Position numbers and translations under genes: made by a program. Positions 29,660 through 42,810 of a stretch of 64,000 nucleotides of DNA are shown in pieces. Position 1 is the stretch's first letter, and the number at the start of each line of letters is the position of its first letter. The stretch covers positions 84,630,001 through 84,694,000 of the forward strand of contig OX597815.1 of the NCBI GenBank assembly GCA_951406725.2, written 5' to 3'. Source of the DNA: Octopus vulgaris (Eukaryota). The notes under the pieces are model-generated. The model was not told where the DNA came from. It worked only from the letters and a program-made list of their open reading frames with translations, and ran no database searches.

Positions 29660-30994
29660 ATTTATGTATAAGCACGTATATACGTTTACGTATATGCGTG
29701 TGTGTGAATGTTTGCGTCTGTGTGCGTGCATATGTGTATGATCGTATTCTTTCATGAAGCAGACCTAGACATCATGAATTATACTATGACGAATTTTATC
29801 AGTCATCATTTCACCAGTTCACAATGGCGGGAAAATTAAGTAAACAACGTGGAAATAAAACTGGACTGCATGAACACAGCGAACTCGTAACTTGCATTTC
29901 TTCTACCGTTCTCGTTGACAATCATAACCGCCAACTTAATGCACAAAGCAAAAATTCATATGCAAAACATTTACCAACAACACACAGGCATACATGTATG
30001 TATGCATGCACGTTTGCATATATGTATACATTTGTGGGCTGGGTGTTATTTTATTATTGCCAGCTTCTCAACTATAGGAAATTATATAATCACTCTATAT
30101 ATGGTAAGTACTATTTCTTGTGTATATATAGATTATCTTTATATGTACGCTGTTTTTTTATAAAATAAACCGTAAAAAGTGTCTAACGAAAATGTTCCAT
30201 TCACTCAGTCTTTTGACCGAATATACACACGAACGATACTACTGCGTCTATATAAAGGAAATGCTTTATCCAAGGACGAAATGTGCAGATCGATCTCACT
30301 TTACAATCGGGTGATCAATAATCTAACCGCTCAAGCAATACGTGTTTGAACAAACATCTAGCGAACTCAAATCACTTTTTGCGTTTGTGATGAGCAGTTT
30401 TATGATTTGATACCAGAAAGCAAGCAAAATCGATGTATGTCTGTGTATGTGTGCATGAAAAATCCAAAACTGGAGAGTAAGTTTATACAAATGCAGGATT
30501 AAACGCCAAAATCTTACAACTGTTAGTTTCACTATTTTTAATCATCATCGGGTAATGATATTAATCCATCAGTTTGTTGTATGAATGCTGAGATAATTAT
30601 CTCAACATTCAAAGAACCACGGTATATTGACATCATTACCGACTATCCGAAGTGTTATAATAAAATCGTTGTTTAATCCAGTATCTCAATAAGGTGATAC
30701 GTGTACTGTGTCAGTGGGTGCATCAAATATACAGATAACAAAATTTATATCGGATGGATGCATCGTTCTGAATTTACAATACACATGCAGTACAGTTCAA
30801 TTTCGACTAACTGAGATTATCCGTAAAATTCGGAAATAACAAATTCCATTTCCGGTATTTGGAAATCTAAGACAACAAACAAAGGAAATATCTCCAATGA
30901 TGTCAATTAATGCAATCTTTTTGAATATACAGTAATCCCTCTATTGCGGGTGTTACGTTCCAAAAAATATAAAAAATATAAATACCTATCGGCC

Positions 30995-32340
30995 GTAGAA
31001 ACCCTTCCTTAAACATATCGATAGTCATATCAGAGATGACTTGGATATGTTAAACCACCTTCCAAAAAAGGAAGAAACAATCATGGTTTCATTTGATGTA
31101 GTTAATTTATATACCAGTATACCTCATAATTATGGATTAGAGGCAATACAGTTCTGGCTGGACCAATTTCCGGAAGAAATACCAAAAAGGATCAGTAAAG
31201 AATTCATTACTAAATCGGTTGAATTCATCCTACCAAATAACCACTTCATGTTTGACAATACATTTTACCGTCAAAAATCTGGAATTGCTATGGGTACAAG
31301 GGCAGCACCACTCATTGCAAACCTAACAATGGGCTACCTGGAAATAATTGTTTTATACTCTGGAATGAAAACACAGATAAACTCCTAAAATTCAAAAACC
31401 TATTGAACAACATCAACCCAAATATACAGTTCACAATGGAATACAACCAAAAGGAGCTTCCATTCTTTGATATACTAATTTAAAAAATTAACCTTGAAAT
31501 AGAAACAGACATTTTTTACAAAGCCACAGACGCCAAACAATACCTACTTTTTGATTCATGCCACCCAAGACGCACTAAAACAAACATCCCTTTCAACCTT
31601 GCAAGAAGGATATGCACAATAGTGTCAGAACAAAATACCAGGAACTTTAGACTACAATAACTCAAAAAACACCCTAATTGACAGATACTACCCAGTTCAA
31701 CTCATAGAGGATGGGATCAGACGTGCAACAGAAATCGACATAGAAACTTTGAGAAAAGTTCAACACAACAACACACCTTCCCCGAAAATACATAAGGTGC
31801 TCGGGCTGCCACCAAAACTACGTGGGATCCACGGGATTATCACTCAGACGTAGATGCACTCTGCATCGACAACAGATTGCATTCCCAGAATACAGAATGA
31901 TACCCTTTAGTGAGCATATTGAGAAATGCGCAAAGCAACTACTACCACAATTTTTAATATTTCCATTCTATTAATGTGCTATTGGAACACCAACACAATT
32001 TAGATTAAACAAGGAAACATTCTTCATTGAAAAATATAAGCTTAAACTTAACCATTCTAACATTCTTATACAGAGAAACTCATCCCATTAAATAAGGGAA
32101 AAGAAATATAAAGCGATTATCTCCCTTATACCGGAAGAAATCGCTTATTACCTCCCCCTGCTTGGAACTCCTCTTTGCACTGCATAACGAAGACATAACA
32201 CGATGTAGGTAAAGACATTTGAGAAATTTGAAAAGTTAACACGAAACCGGTAATTTCTTCAAAAACTATGTTACTATATGAAAAAATTTATAACATTCTT
32301 CTAACATAACGACTTAAATATATTCTTTAACCTTATAAAA
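30995..32340 (+). mobile_element. Penelope-like element fragment: RT plus C-terminal GIY-YIG endonuclease, internally deleted pseudogene
   Basis: VSFDVVNLYTSIPH, QKSGIAMGTRAAPLIANLTMGYLE, IQFTME..ELPFFD, YLLFDSCHP, CSGCHQNYVGST..RRRCTLHRQQI and FLIFPFY..RLNKETFFIEKYKLKLN. Confidence 0.92.
32221..32260 (+). ncRNA. Degenerate hammerhead motif in the PLE 3' pseudo-LTR
   Basis: agaaat TTGAAAA g-ttaaca-c GAAA ccgg TA atttct. Stem I is 6 bp and stem III is palindromic ACCGGT. The CUGANGA box has two substitutions. Confidence 0.5.
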
Positions 32341-32374
32341 CAAGCCTTCTGTAGTTTTTTCACTCTTTTCTATT

Positions 32375-32473
<99 letters not shown>

Positions 32474-33163
32474 TGCAGCCAGGTGTAGATCTTGTTTGTA
32501 AAGCCAACAGTTGGGAACGATGGATGTGTTTCGAATCCGGTAGATCCCCATAGGGAAATTCTGCGCCGTTGACAAAAATTTCCAAGTGATGGAACTCCAT
32601 CATATGTATAATTTGCATGAAGAACACTTCTGTGAGGAATTTTTCTAAATTGTTGGTATTCGAAATCTGTGTCGTGAATTTCTCTTAATATTTATGTGTA
32701 TGTATGTGACAGTGTAAGTATATGTCGACATACAGGATGGTCTCTGTTCGAAGATTTCCAGTTCCTCGGATTACGTATATAAGGCTATCGTGTATATGTG
32801 TGTAAATGTATGTGTGCATGTATATATAGAGAGAGAGAATTAAGAGACAGAACCTCCATAAAGCAATTCAATTAATAATGAAAGATATTATCTATAATAA
32901 AATATAAATTTAAATATATTATTAATAATATTGTACTAAAAATGTCTATACTAAATAATACACATTAAAAAAAATACACATTATGTATATATATATATAT
33001 ATATATATACATCTAGGTCTCTAAGTGTGCATGTGTGAGTATATTTATAAATATATACGATCGCAAATAAAGACACGCAACTACATCACATCCAGATTAT
33101 CCTCTGATTTTCCGTATTATCGGAATATTTGCTCTATATACTCGATGTTCTATATATTTCCAG

Positions 33164-33269
33164 CGTCAGAAGCAATATCTACCGAGAAGTATGTCACAAA
33201 GACTTCCGTTCTTCCAAATATATTCGAAGATGTGGAGGCTTGCTGGAAGTCAAGTGATATGAAGGCAGG
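33164..33269 (+). CDS. Candidate coding exon of an unidentified gene
   Basis: Acceptor tatatatttccag and donor gtgagg. One frame is open (SEAISTEKYVTKTSVLPNIFEDVEACWKSSDMKA). Confidence 0.25.
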
Positions 33270-33458
33270 GTGAGGGGTAGAAAGAGTATTGATTTTTCTT
33301 GAAGTTATACTGTCGCCGTAGCATGTAAGTTTGGATCAACGTTTCCATTTTGCGACAGTTAAAGTTTTAAGCTTCTCAAGACAGGGACATTTTGTAATCC
33401 ATACAACAGATTAAATATCCCCAGTTAGAAATATTAAGTTTGTTTTGTCAGCACTTCA

Positions 33459-33468
33459 AATAATAATC

Positions 33469-33566
<98 letters not shown>

Positions 33567-33590
33567 AATGATGATCATGATGATCATGAT
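33459..33590. repeat. (AAT)n-(GAT)n microsatellite
   Basis: Direct reading. Confidence 0.95.
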
Positions 33591-33717
33591 GTTGATAGGT
33601 TAAAGCTACTAAAAGAATATATACACAGACATAAATACACGCATACACACACACACACACACGAGTAAGAACGTAAATGCAAATCATGATGGGAAAAATA
33701 GTATTTATATACTGAAA

Positions 33718-33779
<62 letters not shown>

Positions 33780-34645
33780 ATATATATATTGCTGGTGTCT
33801 TGGCTTGCTCAACAAACAGTACAATGAGTATTATCATAGTGGGCTTGGTTTGACCAGACCCGGTTCCAGTCCCTCGTACTTGAAATTTGTATCGGTCTAA
33901 TGCGACAATTTCTACAAACCCATTAGTTATCAGGGCGCTGGATTTATATAAAGTAACCTTCTCTTTGATGAGCAGTTAAAGAGAGCTGAAGAGTCTCATC
34001 TGCCTTGGGTCTGCTGGCGGTGTCTGTTAGTGATTTTCTTCAAGGGGCAATAAGCATGATGTGCTTATCTATCCAATGCTGGGACTATGGCAGTTCCTAC
34101 TACTCGAGGTCAGAGTGGACCTGGGCCCAACAGTGGTTAAGGGGTTAGTCCACACTATTCAGAATCTTGGAACTCCCGGACCAGTGTCCCACTATCCGAT
34201 TGTTTGTATAGAAAAAGTGTACACTCCTCCCAGTAAAAAGTGGTAGCAGCTAGCTATTATAAATAGACTAGAAGCCGGTCGACAGAAAGAAGGGCGGTGA
34301 AGATCGAAAGTCGAGCGTACGTGTAGACTGTGTTGATAGTCATGTCTGGGCTGATATATTAATTATACTGTGATACTGAGTGGACGTTATCCTACATTTT
34401 GAGAGTAATAACACTGTATGACTGATAGAACCATTCTATCGACGACTTCGGAAGATAACAATATCTATCAGAGCGACAACAGTCGACAAAAGACAGATAC
34501 AACAGTGGCAAAAGAACGCTTTACAATACCCATGCAGTTTAAGACCATACCATCCACCAGTGACACATTAAATTAAGTACCAATCAAGTACCATAGACGA
34601 TTTATTAAACACCTATAATCTCTCCCAAAATGTGAAGCCTTGTGC

Positions 34646-34676
<31 letters not shown>

Positions 34677-34699
34677 ATCATCATCATCGTCATCATCAT

Positions 34700-35055
34700 C
34701 ATCATTATCTACTGAATCCTGCTCCCGTTAATTCTTTATGGAACCGGAGTCCAATCCATGGCTCTAGGGCGCCAAAGGGAGTGTTGTTACTATTTAATAA
34801 AGAGCATCTTTGTGGCTATGAGGGTTGTTCCAGGGATGCTGAACATTTAGAGTTGATGAATATTGGTGTTACCAGGTAGTTCGTTAATAAATTTGTTCGG
34901 TCCCTTTTTCATAAACCTGGGAGCACTAAAAACGATAGGTATTACTTCAGTGTCCATTGCCCATACCGGTTTATTTCTGTCCCCAAGATAATTTTTCCTG
35001 TGTTTTTGTGGATGTATTTCTCTCTGGTGGTATTACCAAGTCTATAAAATAGTTT
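34700..35055 (-). mobile_element. R4/Dong-like retrotransposon 3' end (restriction-like endonuclease domain)
   Basis: Minus strand FIDLVIPPERNTSTKTQEKLS..WAMDTEVIPIVFSA..ELPGNTNIHQL..PGTTLIATKML matches the RLE consensus ID..IP..K..EK..W..IPVV.GALG..LGTAHILRK. A trinucleotide tail lies at 34648-34705. Confidence 0.8.
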
Positions 35056-35109
35056 ACGTCATTAGAAATTAGAAACTTCGAGAGAACTTGAACTAATTCG
35101 ATTTGTTAC

Positions 35110-35460
35110 TGGAGAATTTGAAGTAGGCAAAGCTATAATAGTAAAGTATTGGGTTAAAACACCATTGGCTGGGAAAAGTTGAAGGCTGCTCGTGGAATTC
35201 GATCCCACATCTTCCATAAACATGACCGACGTCCTACCGTTATACCAAAGTAACCCTCCGAATTTCTCCAAACATTTTTAGAAGCTTTATTCTCAACAGC
35301 ATGAAGGGATGGAAAAATTCAAGGGATTACTTTGTTATAATGGTAGAACGATTGTCATAGAAGGTGTGGTCTCGAGTCCCATAGTTAGTCTTCGACTTTT
35401 TCCAACGCAATATTCTACACACTAATTTTATAGCTCCGTCTACTTCGAGTTCCACCATTA
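35110..35460. repeat. Inverted repeat with a tRNA-like unit in each arm (35184-35255 minus, 35324-35390 plus)
   Basis: Minus arm ggttactttggtataacggtagga..gtgggatcgaattccac..agcagcc. Plus arm gattactttgttataatggtagaa..gtggtctcgagtccca..ttagtc. The downstream flanks are also homologous. Confidence 0.7.
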
Positions 35461-35971
35461 AAAATGATTTATTGCCTGTAGCATTGTATCGTAATGTTTG
35501 TATATATGTTTCCCTTGAGGAAAGTAAATAGTTTAGTATCATCATAATCATTTTACGATTATATTGTTACTGTTGCTGGATTAATGAAATTATAGTTATT
35601 GATGATATTTTTATCCCCATTGTAATTGTTATTACTGTTGTTCTTCGATTGATTTCAAGCTGATAATATTCCAGCTGAATCATGTGAAGTATTGATTATG
35701 ATAAAATAAATCCGAGATTAAATTATCAGTCATCTAGTTGACTGTCGATTTAATTCTAATATCATCACGGACTGTCTTGGGAAATTTTCGCTGATGACTG
35801 CATCTTTACCAGATTTTATAATGGCATCTTCTTAAGCAAAAGCAATGCAAAGCAAGTAATTGCGTCCGCCACTTACCTGCAAACTCATACTTTCATGTAC
35901 GCGGTCAAATATACATATGCACATACAAACACACGCGTTTATGTGCGTGAGAATCTAGGAGCTTTTCAGCA

Positions 35972-36002
<31 letters not shown>

Positions 36003-36124
36003 GCATGTATGTATTTGTGTATGTATGCATATCTTAAAATATATATACATTTGTACAGACATATACATACATGTGTGTGTGTGTATGTATATATATAGAT
36101 ATATAGATATATATATCATTATTA

Positions 36125-36335
36125 TCATCATTTAACGTCCGTTTTCAATGTCGACTTGGGTTGGATGGTTTGACAGGATCCAGTGAGCATTAAGGCCACG
36201 CCAAGCTCCAATGTCTGTTTTGGCGTGGTTTCTACGGCCGGATAACCTTCTTTACGCCAACAGCGTGTACAGTGTACATACCGCTTTTTCTGTGCCACAG
36301 GCACCAGCGTGGCTGCTAAGTAACTTGCAAGGCAA
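36125..36335 (-). mobile_element. Retroposon 3' end remnant (SINE or RTE-type tail)
   Basis: Minus strand gttggcgtaaagaaggttatccggccgtagaaacc...aaaacggacgttaaatgatgat, a common invertebrate retroposon tail motif. Confidence 0.5.
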
Positions 36336-36657
36336 GAAAAGAAAGGAATAGGAAGTAGGAAAAAAGAAAGTAAATCGAAACAAGAAAAAAAACCTTCACA
36401 ACTGTATGGGGTTGTTAGTATTTGTAAAGTACAAGAGCTTTTTGCCAGGCGTTGAGAGCCTGGAGTGTTATAGAAAAACTAACACAGATGGCTTGTAATA
36501 GAGATACGTTGTTGAGTAGTTGACTTGGTACCACTAATACACTTGGTACACTAATAATTGTTATAGGCTTAAAGCTTTCCAGTGATCACTATGCATTGAC
36601 TAAAGAAAATAGTCTAATATTGGGGAATATGAGCCCTCAAAGAAAAAAGTGGGTTTT

Positions 36658-36729
36658 CGGTACGCATGGGACTCGAACCCACACTTCTATGTTTCCGCGA
36701 AAAGTGTGCTATCATTGCACCAACGTACC
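36658..36729 (-). tRNA. tRNA-like sequence or pseudo-tRNA with an aberrant anticodon arm
   Basis: Acceptor GGTACGT/GCGTACC (7 bp), D arm GTGC-AATGATA-GCAC, T arm GTGGG-TTCGAGT-CCCAT, and a T6 run 9 nt downstream. The canonical anticodon stem does not pair. Confidence 0.55.
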
Positions 36730-36861
36730 CACTCGCTTCTTCACGTTCGATTTAAGAACTATAATTTCATAGTGTTGCTTTAATAAACAAGCTTGTCCAT
36801 TTTCTATGTTGTTTTGATAGGCAGTGCCAAGTTTTACACTTCTGTAAATAATAACAATTTC

Positions 36862-37050
36862 AATTTTTTGCCGCTTCAGTGAGGGAATTAAGTCGATTAC
36901 ATCGACGCCAGTACGTAACTGGTATTCATTTAATCGACCCCGAAAGGCAAAGTCAACCTCGGCGAAATTTGAACACAGACCGTAGCGACGGGTTAAATAC
37001 TGCTAAGCATTTCGCCCGGCGCGCTTAACGATTCTGCCAGCTAGCCACCT
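36862..37050 (-). mobile_element. tRNA-derived SINE family B with target-site duplication
   Basis: Reverse complement of the 58915 unit. Flanked by acttctgtaaataataac (~36838) and acttttgtaaataataac (~37052). Confidence 0.85.
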
Positions 37051-37323
37051 TACTTTTGTAAATAATAACTATGATATTTTATAAGCTTAAAGTTTATAAG
37101 TGATCACCGTGTGTTTTTTCTCCTATATTAGACTTCTTTTTAGTCAATACATGGTGATCGTTTATAACCAGGATATTCCTGATATAAAAGTTCCGATTCA
37201 CTGATATGAAATACTGGTGTTTCTACAGAGTATTTTAATTTAACACTCAGTTTTTCATAATAACTAAGCAATATATGTATATATATGCTACCACCCTCAC
37301 CCCACTCCAACCCCGCACACACA

Positions 37324-40300
37324 TCTACTACATATGTGGGAAATTCTGTCTGTGGGTGTGTTTGTTAGCAGAGTTGTAGAGCTAAGTCCTCCATCGTTTA
37401 ATCGATTTTGATGAAACTTGACACGTGAGTAGAACTCATGTCTGGAAACTTCATGGCATCTTCAGATTGTTGAAAAAATCGATAAATCTTTATATATATA
37501 TAACTAATATATTTTATTTTAACAGCCAAGGGAAATAACCCATTCATTTTCCTATATATAAATCAAATTGAGTATGCATATTTCTTAGTATTTGAACTCA
37601 TAGTGTTATTTTCACAATTTATCCAGTACAACCCTTAAACAAGTAAATAGTATTTTCCTAAACAATAGATCCACTTATTTCGGTTAGTGACTTCTTCACG
37701 AATATACCATGAATGACTATGCCTTTCATGTCACTTCAGCCAACTGACAAGCGCAGCATGAAGAACTGTTCTGCTTTTAGACAAATGCAGTCAACACAAA
37801 GGTCACACCCTGTTTACATGCAGGAACACCTTCTTAAAATATATCTGTACATCTTGATAATGGTCAGCGTGTATATTTCACAGAAGACAATGCTTGAAAC
37901 GTAGAGAAATAACTTTGACAGTTTTCTTCAAATTATGGCAATGTGATCTGTTTGGCCGAACACTGTTGTATGTAAAGGTCCCCATGTACTATATCTAGGC
38001 ACACAATAGATGGAACATACGCAAGCAAGAAACACGCATTGAGGGCTGGGAAGAAGATGCTGCCTTCGAAATGGGGCTATCAGGTGGGTGTACAATGTGT
38101 ACCTTAATCAGCAGGAGTGTTTCTTTCTGCATCTACTTCTACACGCTATCAGAGGTACTACATCATTCAAAAACTTTCGAAGAAACAATGGGAAGTCTAT
38201 ACGACCTATAGAAGAAGCCTGCGTCAAACATGGACTACTGGAGGACGATGCTCGCTGGGACCAGACACTGAAGGTGACAGCAATCATCACAGCGCTAAGT
38301 CAACTGCGCCAGCTATTTTTCATTATGTTGATGACATGTGGCTTGCGTGAACCTCACAAGCTTTGCGCGATTCAAAAAACTAGCATGGCAGAGGACATCT
38401 AGAAAGAATTCAAAAGCAAACCTCGGCGGAAATTACCGCGTTCAATAACACCATTTACAATGAGGCATTACTTAACCTGGACATCCGAGTGCAAGCAATA
38501 GGAGGTCAAGGCAATTCCACATTTGATCTGTTTCATCCGGGGCATGCAGCAAACAATCTCGCAATTGAGTACCTATGAGAAATCAGCTATGACATCGAGG
38601 AAATGACGGCGTATATAACTGATAAAGAATACAAACTGATGGATGACCAACTAGGTGTTTATAACACCATTATTTCGATCACTGAAAATGAAAGAGTAGG
38701 TATTTTTCTTTCTGGATGATCCAGGTGTAACTGGTAAAACATTTGTCATCAAAGTTCTTCTGGCTAAACTGCGCCATATGAAGCACAATGCCATAGCAGT
38801 GGCGGCAAGTGGAACAGCTGCAACTCTGCTAAGTGGTGACCGCACAGCTCATTCCTGTCTCAAGCATCCTTTGGACCTATCCAAGAAAGAGAAGGCAAGC
38901 TGCAACATCAGTCGTGGTTCTATAAAAGGCAAACTTCAGGATGAATGCAGGTTGATCATCTGGGATGAAGCGACAATGAGCCATAAGGTTTCCTTTGAAG
39001 CTCTTGACATGTCCCTTCAGGTTCTGAGACAAAACACCATATGGAGCAGAGTGCAAAAGCTAAGACTCACAACCAGCATGAAAGTGCAGTTCATAGTAAT
39101 GATGCAGACAACTTTTTCAAAGCAGCTGTTGGATGTCGGTAATGGCACTTTGGCTGGCGAGAAGTATGGACGGACAAGCTTACCCTTTGGACATATGGTA
39201 TCTGATTTAAAGGAACTAATGAACAAAGTGTTCCCTAACCTGAGGAACCAGTTTACATACCACAACTGGCTGAAAACCCGTGCCATTTTAGCTCCAAAGA
39301 ATATGGGAGTTAATGATTTGAACTTTAAACTTCTGGAGCAGTTGCCAGGTGAGCATCACATCTACAATTCCAATGACGCTGTACTCAACATCGATGAAGC
39401 CGTGAATTATCCAGTTGAATTCTTGAATAGTCTAACACCAGCTGGTCTCCCACCTCACAACTTTCACCCCAGGATTGGGGCCCCAGCTACGCTACTTCGA
39501 AACCTCTTCCACCAAAGCTTTGCAACGACACACTACTTATAATAAAGAAGATTATGCCAACAAACTTGGATACAACAATTGGTAAAGCAAGCGGTGAGCC
39601 TGTATTCATTCCTAGAATTCCACTTATTTCCTTGGATGTACCTTTCCAGTACAAGCGCCTGCATTTCCCGTTGAAACTGAGCATTGCAATGACCATTAAC
39701 AGCGCCCAGAAACAGTCCTTGAACGTGGTAGGTCTGAACCTTGCGGAGCCAGTTTTCTCCCATGGCCAACTTTATGTCGGATGCTCAAGAGTCGGCAATC
39801 CTAATCATTTGTTTATTTATGCCCCACAACGAAAGAACAAAAGTGTTGTTTATCAAGACGCTCTGCAAATTTAATAAGATTTACCTAATCATCAGGTATT
39901 TATTTTTTAACTGTAATATATTTAAGTGTTGTAAATGTATTGATAATCTACAGGTTATTTAATTTTTAAATATATATACAAATTTATTTGTATATCTACT
40001 GTAAAACTAAATGTCAGTCTGTTTCTACATTCATTCACAATCTATTTCACCACTAGCGCCCCTGGGGGTAATATTCTCTGGGAACGCATTAAAGCCATTT
40101 TCGGGGCTACTTTATTTGAATTCTTACTATCGGGTAACTAATTTCATGTTATTACATAACTGATTTTACAATTTGGGTATTCATAACTTATTTGGAATTC
40201 CTAAAAACAAGATCATGTGTAAGACAGTTCCGTATTCTCTGTAAATGCACGAAAACCGTTTTAAGGGCTACATACTTTGTGTTGTTGTTATTGGATTAGC

Positions 40301-40370
40301 GAAACAATTATGAGAACGGAACCAAAGGATAAGCCCCCGCTTTACCGGGAATTACTGGTACGTCAGCTAG
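37324..40370 (+). mobile_element. Helitron, internally deleted, with both termini
   Basis: 5' a|TCTACTAC. 3' hairpin TACCGG-gaatta-CTGGTA followed by CTAG|t, consistent with an AT target. Encodes a decayed RepHel protein. Confidence 0.88.
37700..39874 (+). pseudogene. Helitron RepHel pseudogene (Rep C-terminal part plus Pif1-family helicase)
   Basis: VHLDNGQRVYFTEDN, Walker A DDPGVTGKTF, AVAASGTAATLL..TAHS, IIWDEATM, RAILAPKN, YPVEFLNSL, AMTINSAQKQSL and VFSHGQLYVGCSRV. Contains frameshifts and stops. Confidence 0.95.
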
Positions 40371-40826
40371 TTTATATGTATATAACAAAAGCAACAAAAC
40401 TGTTAGCTACGCTATACAATCACTAAAGAACAGCAGAAGAAAGGAACAAACCTGAACAAGAAAACGCTCAGTACAGGAAAACTGTTTGCAAATATACATA
40501 GGCTACAAAACAACAGTTTGTTAAACCGACAATCACCATATATTTTTGTGCATACATATAACTAATTACAGTGACATCCAAAACACAAATAACTCAAAAG
40601 TACATGTATGCATGTATGTATGTGCGTACGTATGTATGTTTGTATCTCTCCGTCCCACGTACAACTAACTTTGTATTTATGTATATATCTATTTATATGT
40701 ATTTATGTATGTATGTATTTATGTATTTATGTATTTATGTATGTATATGTGTGTATGTATATATGTACCGGTTATTCAAACCTCTAACTCTACTAACCTT
40801 TTATATATATGTGTGTGTGTGTGTGC

Positions 40827-40867
<41 letters not shown>

Positions 40868-42484
40868 ACTGCATGTATATATATATACATAAATACATAC
40901 GTATATACATACATACATATTTGTGTGTGTACGTGAGCGAGAGTTTAATTTTCTTTTGTGGATTTGCGTATCATCGTAATTACTTCTATAGTTATACTTA
41001 TATGCATTGTACAGTTATACATGTATGCATGAAAAAAAACCCACTTGAGATCCTCATTTCTGAGTAAAAAAATCTGAAAAATATATGACAGTTTATAAAT
41101 AAGATTTATAGAATGAGTAAGTAAGCAAAAGTAACGAATGAAAATATTCATTTAAGAATACTTTATGAATTGGTTGACGATTGAGCTTAAACATAAAAAA
41201 ATTATGCACATAATTCAGCAATTATAAAAGCTAGATAGAAAATAGAAAATATTTATTAGTGCTATAAAATGACGAAATATAAAGTTTCTAAAATAAATGT
41301 ATCATTATCGCAAAACAACGCTTTACGAAGTAGGTGGAATCAGAGAATGAGAAGTCTGAGAATCTAAGGACATATGAACATCGTAGATAAGTACATTTCC
41401 AGCAGAGTATTCGGATTGAAAGATATGAAGTAAAGTATAAGTTGCTAGCTGTGGCTATTATAAGAAACAGCAGGGAATATAAGATACATGAAGTAGGTGT
41501 TAAAATATGTAATACAGAGAAAAGAAAGTTAGTTGTACGTGGGACGGTGAGATTTCAAAGATATATTAGTGAATACATGATGGCATTGCCATCTGTTTCA
41601 TTGCTTTTCAGAAGATATTTGCACCTCTACAAATAAAATGGAATCGAGTTAAATTTTAAATTCGGAGTGACATGATTCTCCATGGCACGAATTACACAAA
41701 ATATAATTTGTCATTCTGATAGTATACTTCATTGCGATTGGTAGCCATCCAACTGATATTATAGTAGTGAAATTATAGTAATGTTCAATTGATATTATAT
41801 TAGTGTCTTTTAGCAAGTATGTGTATTAAGAAAAGGTGTTATCCGTTCATGCGTCTGAATGAATGCACTTGATAATAGAATCTGTATTTGAAGGTGTTTG
41901 CAGTTATACCGTTCTACGATTTGAGTGCATTGCAATGTATTTTGTAGGCACTGTAGGCACTGAAAAACAGCTGCGCGGAACATAACTCATTTTAGGGCAT
42001 AAAATTTCAAACAGACAATAAGCTTAATCACGTTTCATGAGAGATGAGGGTTGTGGTTATTAGTGTAGGATAGCTCTTTGGTTTTAATGTTTGCCATGTG
42101 TGATGCAAAGTTAGCTATACAGATGCAACTAAGTAACAAGTTCTTTCTATTATATATTCATGGCATCAGGGGTTGTTGAGCAAATGTACGTAGGTAGGCA
42201 GGCAGACAAGCAGGGAAGTAGGTAGCTTCATATGGGAGTAGCTCCTAAATTTCATTCCCCGCATACATCTTTGTTTTCTCATTGATAATATATTTCAGAG
42301 TATATACATAAATGTAAATGTTTTCCTGAATAAATTATACCCCATATTTGAAGCTCCGATGACGCTCTAAGGTGATACCCAGGCACCTAACTCTAAGTCC
42401 ACTGCATCTCATAGCAGAAACAGCTGTAAGCTATGAGGTTCATAAGATAATTGTTTAATCCTTTGTCACTTCAATTTCTTACAC

Positions 42485-42528
<44 letters not shown>

Positions 42529-42639
42529 AAAATCGAAATGTATGTATTTAGGAATGTATGTATGCATGCATACATAAATAGATATGTGTTGTGTGGGTGT
42601 ATGTGTGTACATTATTATGAGTGAAAGTTAATATTCTCT

Positions 42640-42735
42640 CTCTTTCTCTCTTTCTTTTCTTCTGTATTCTCTCTCTGTCTCTTTCCTCTCTCACACGCTT
42701 TCTCTCTCTCACTCTCTCTCTCTCTCTCTGTCTCA

Positions 42736-42808
<73 letters not shown>
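42640..42808. repeat. (TC)n microsatellite
   Basis: Direct reading. Confidence 0.95.

Positions 42809-42810
<2 letters not shown>

Noticed and set aside
32479-32553. Possible exon PGVDLVCKANSWERWMCFESG after tattgcag
   Set aside because: The frame closes quickly, the donor is weak and no homology is recognised.
38778-39874. Pif1 helicase as a host gene
   Set aside because: It is intronless, frameshifted, preceded by Rep remnants and bounded by Helitron termini.
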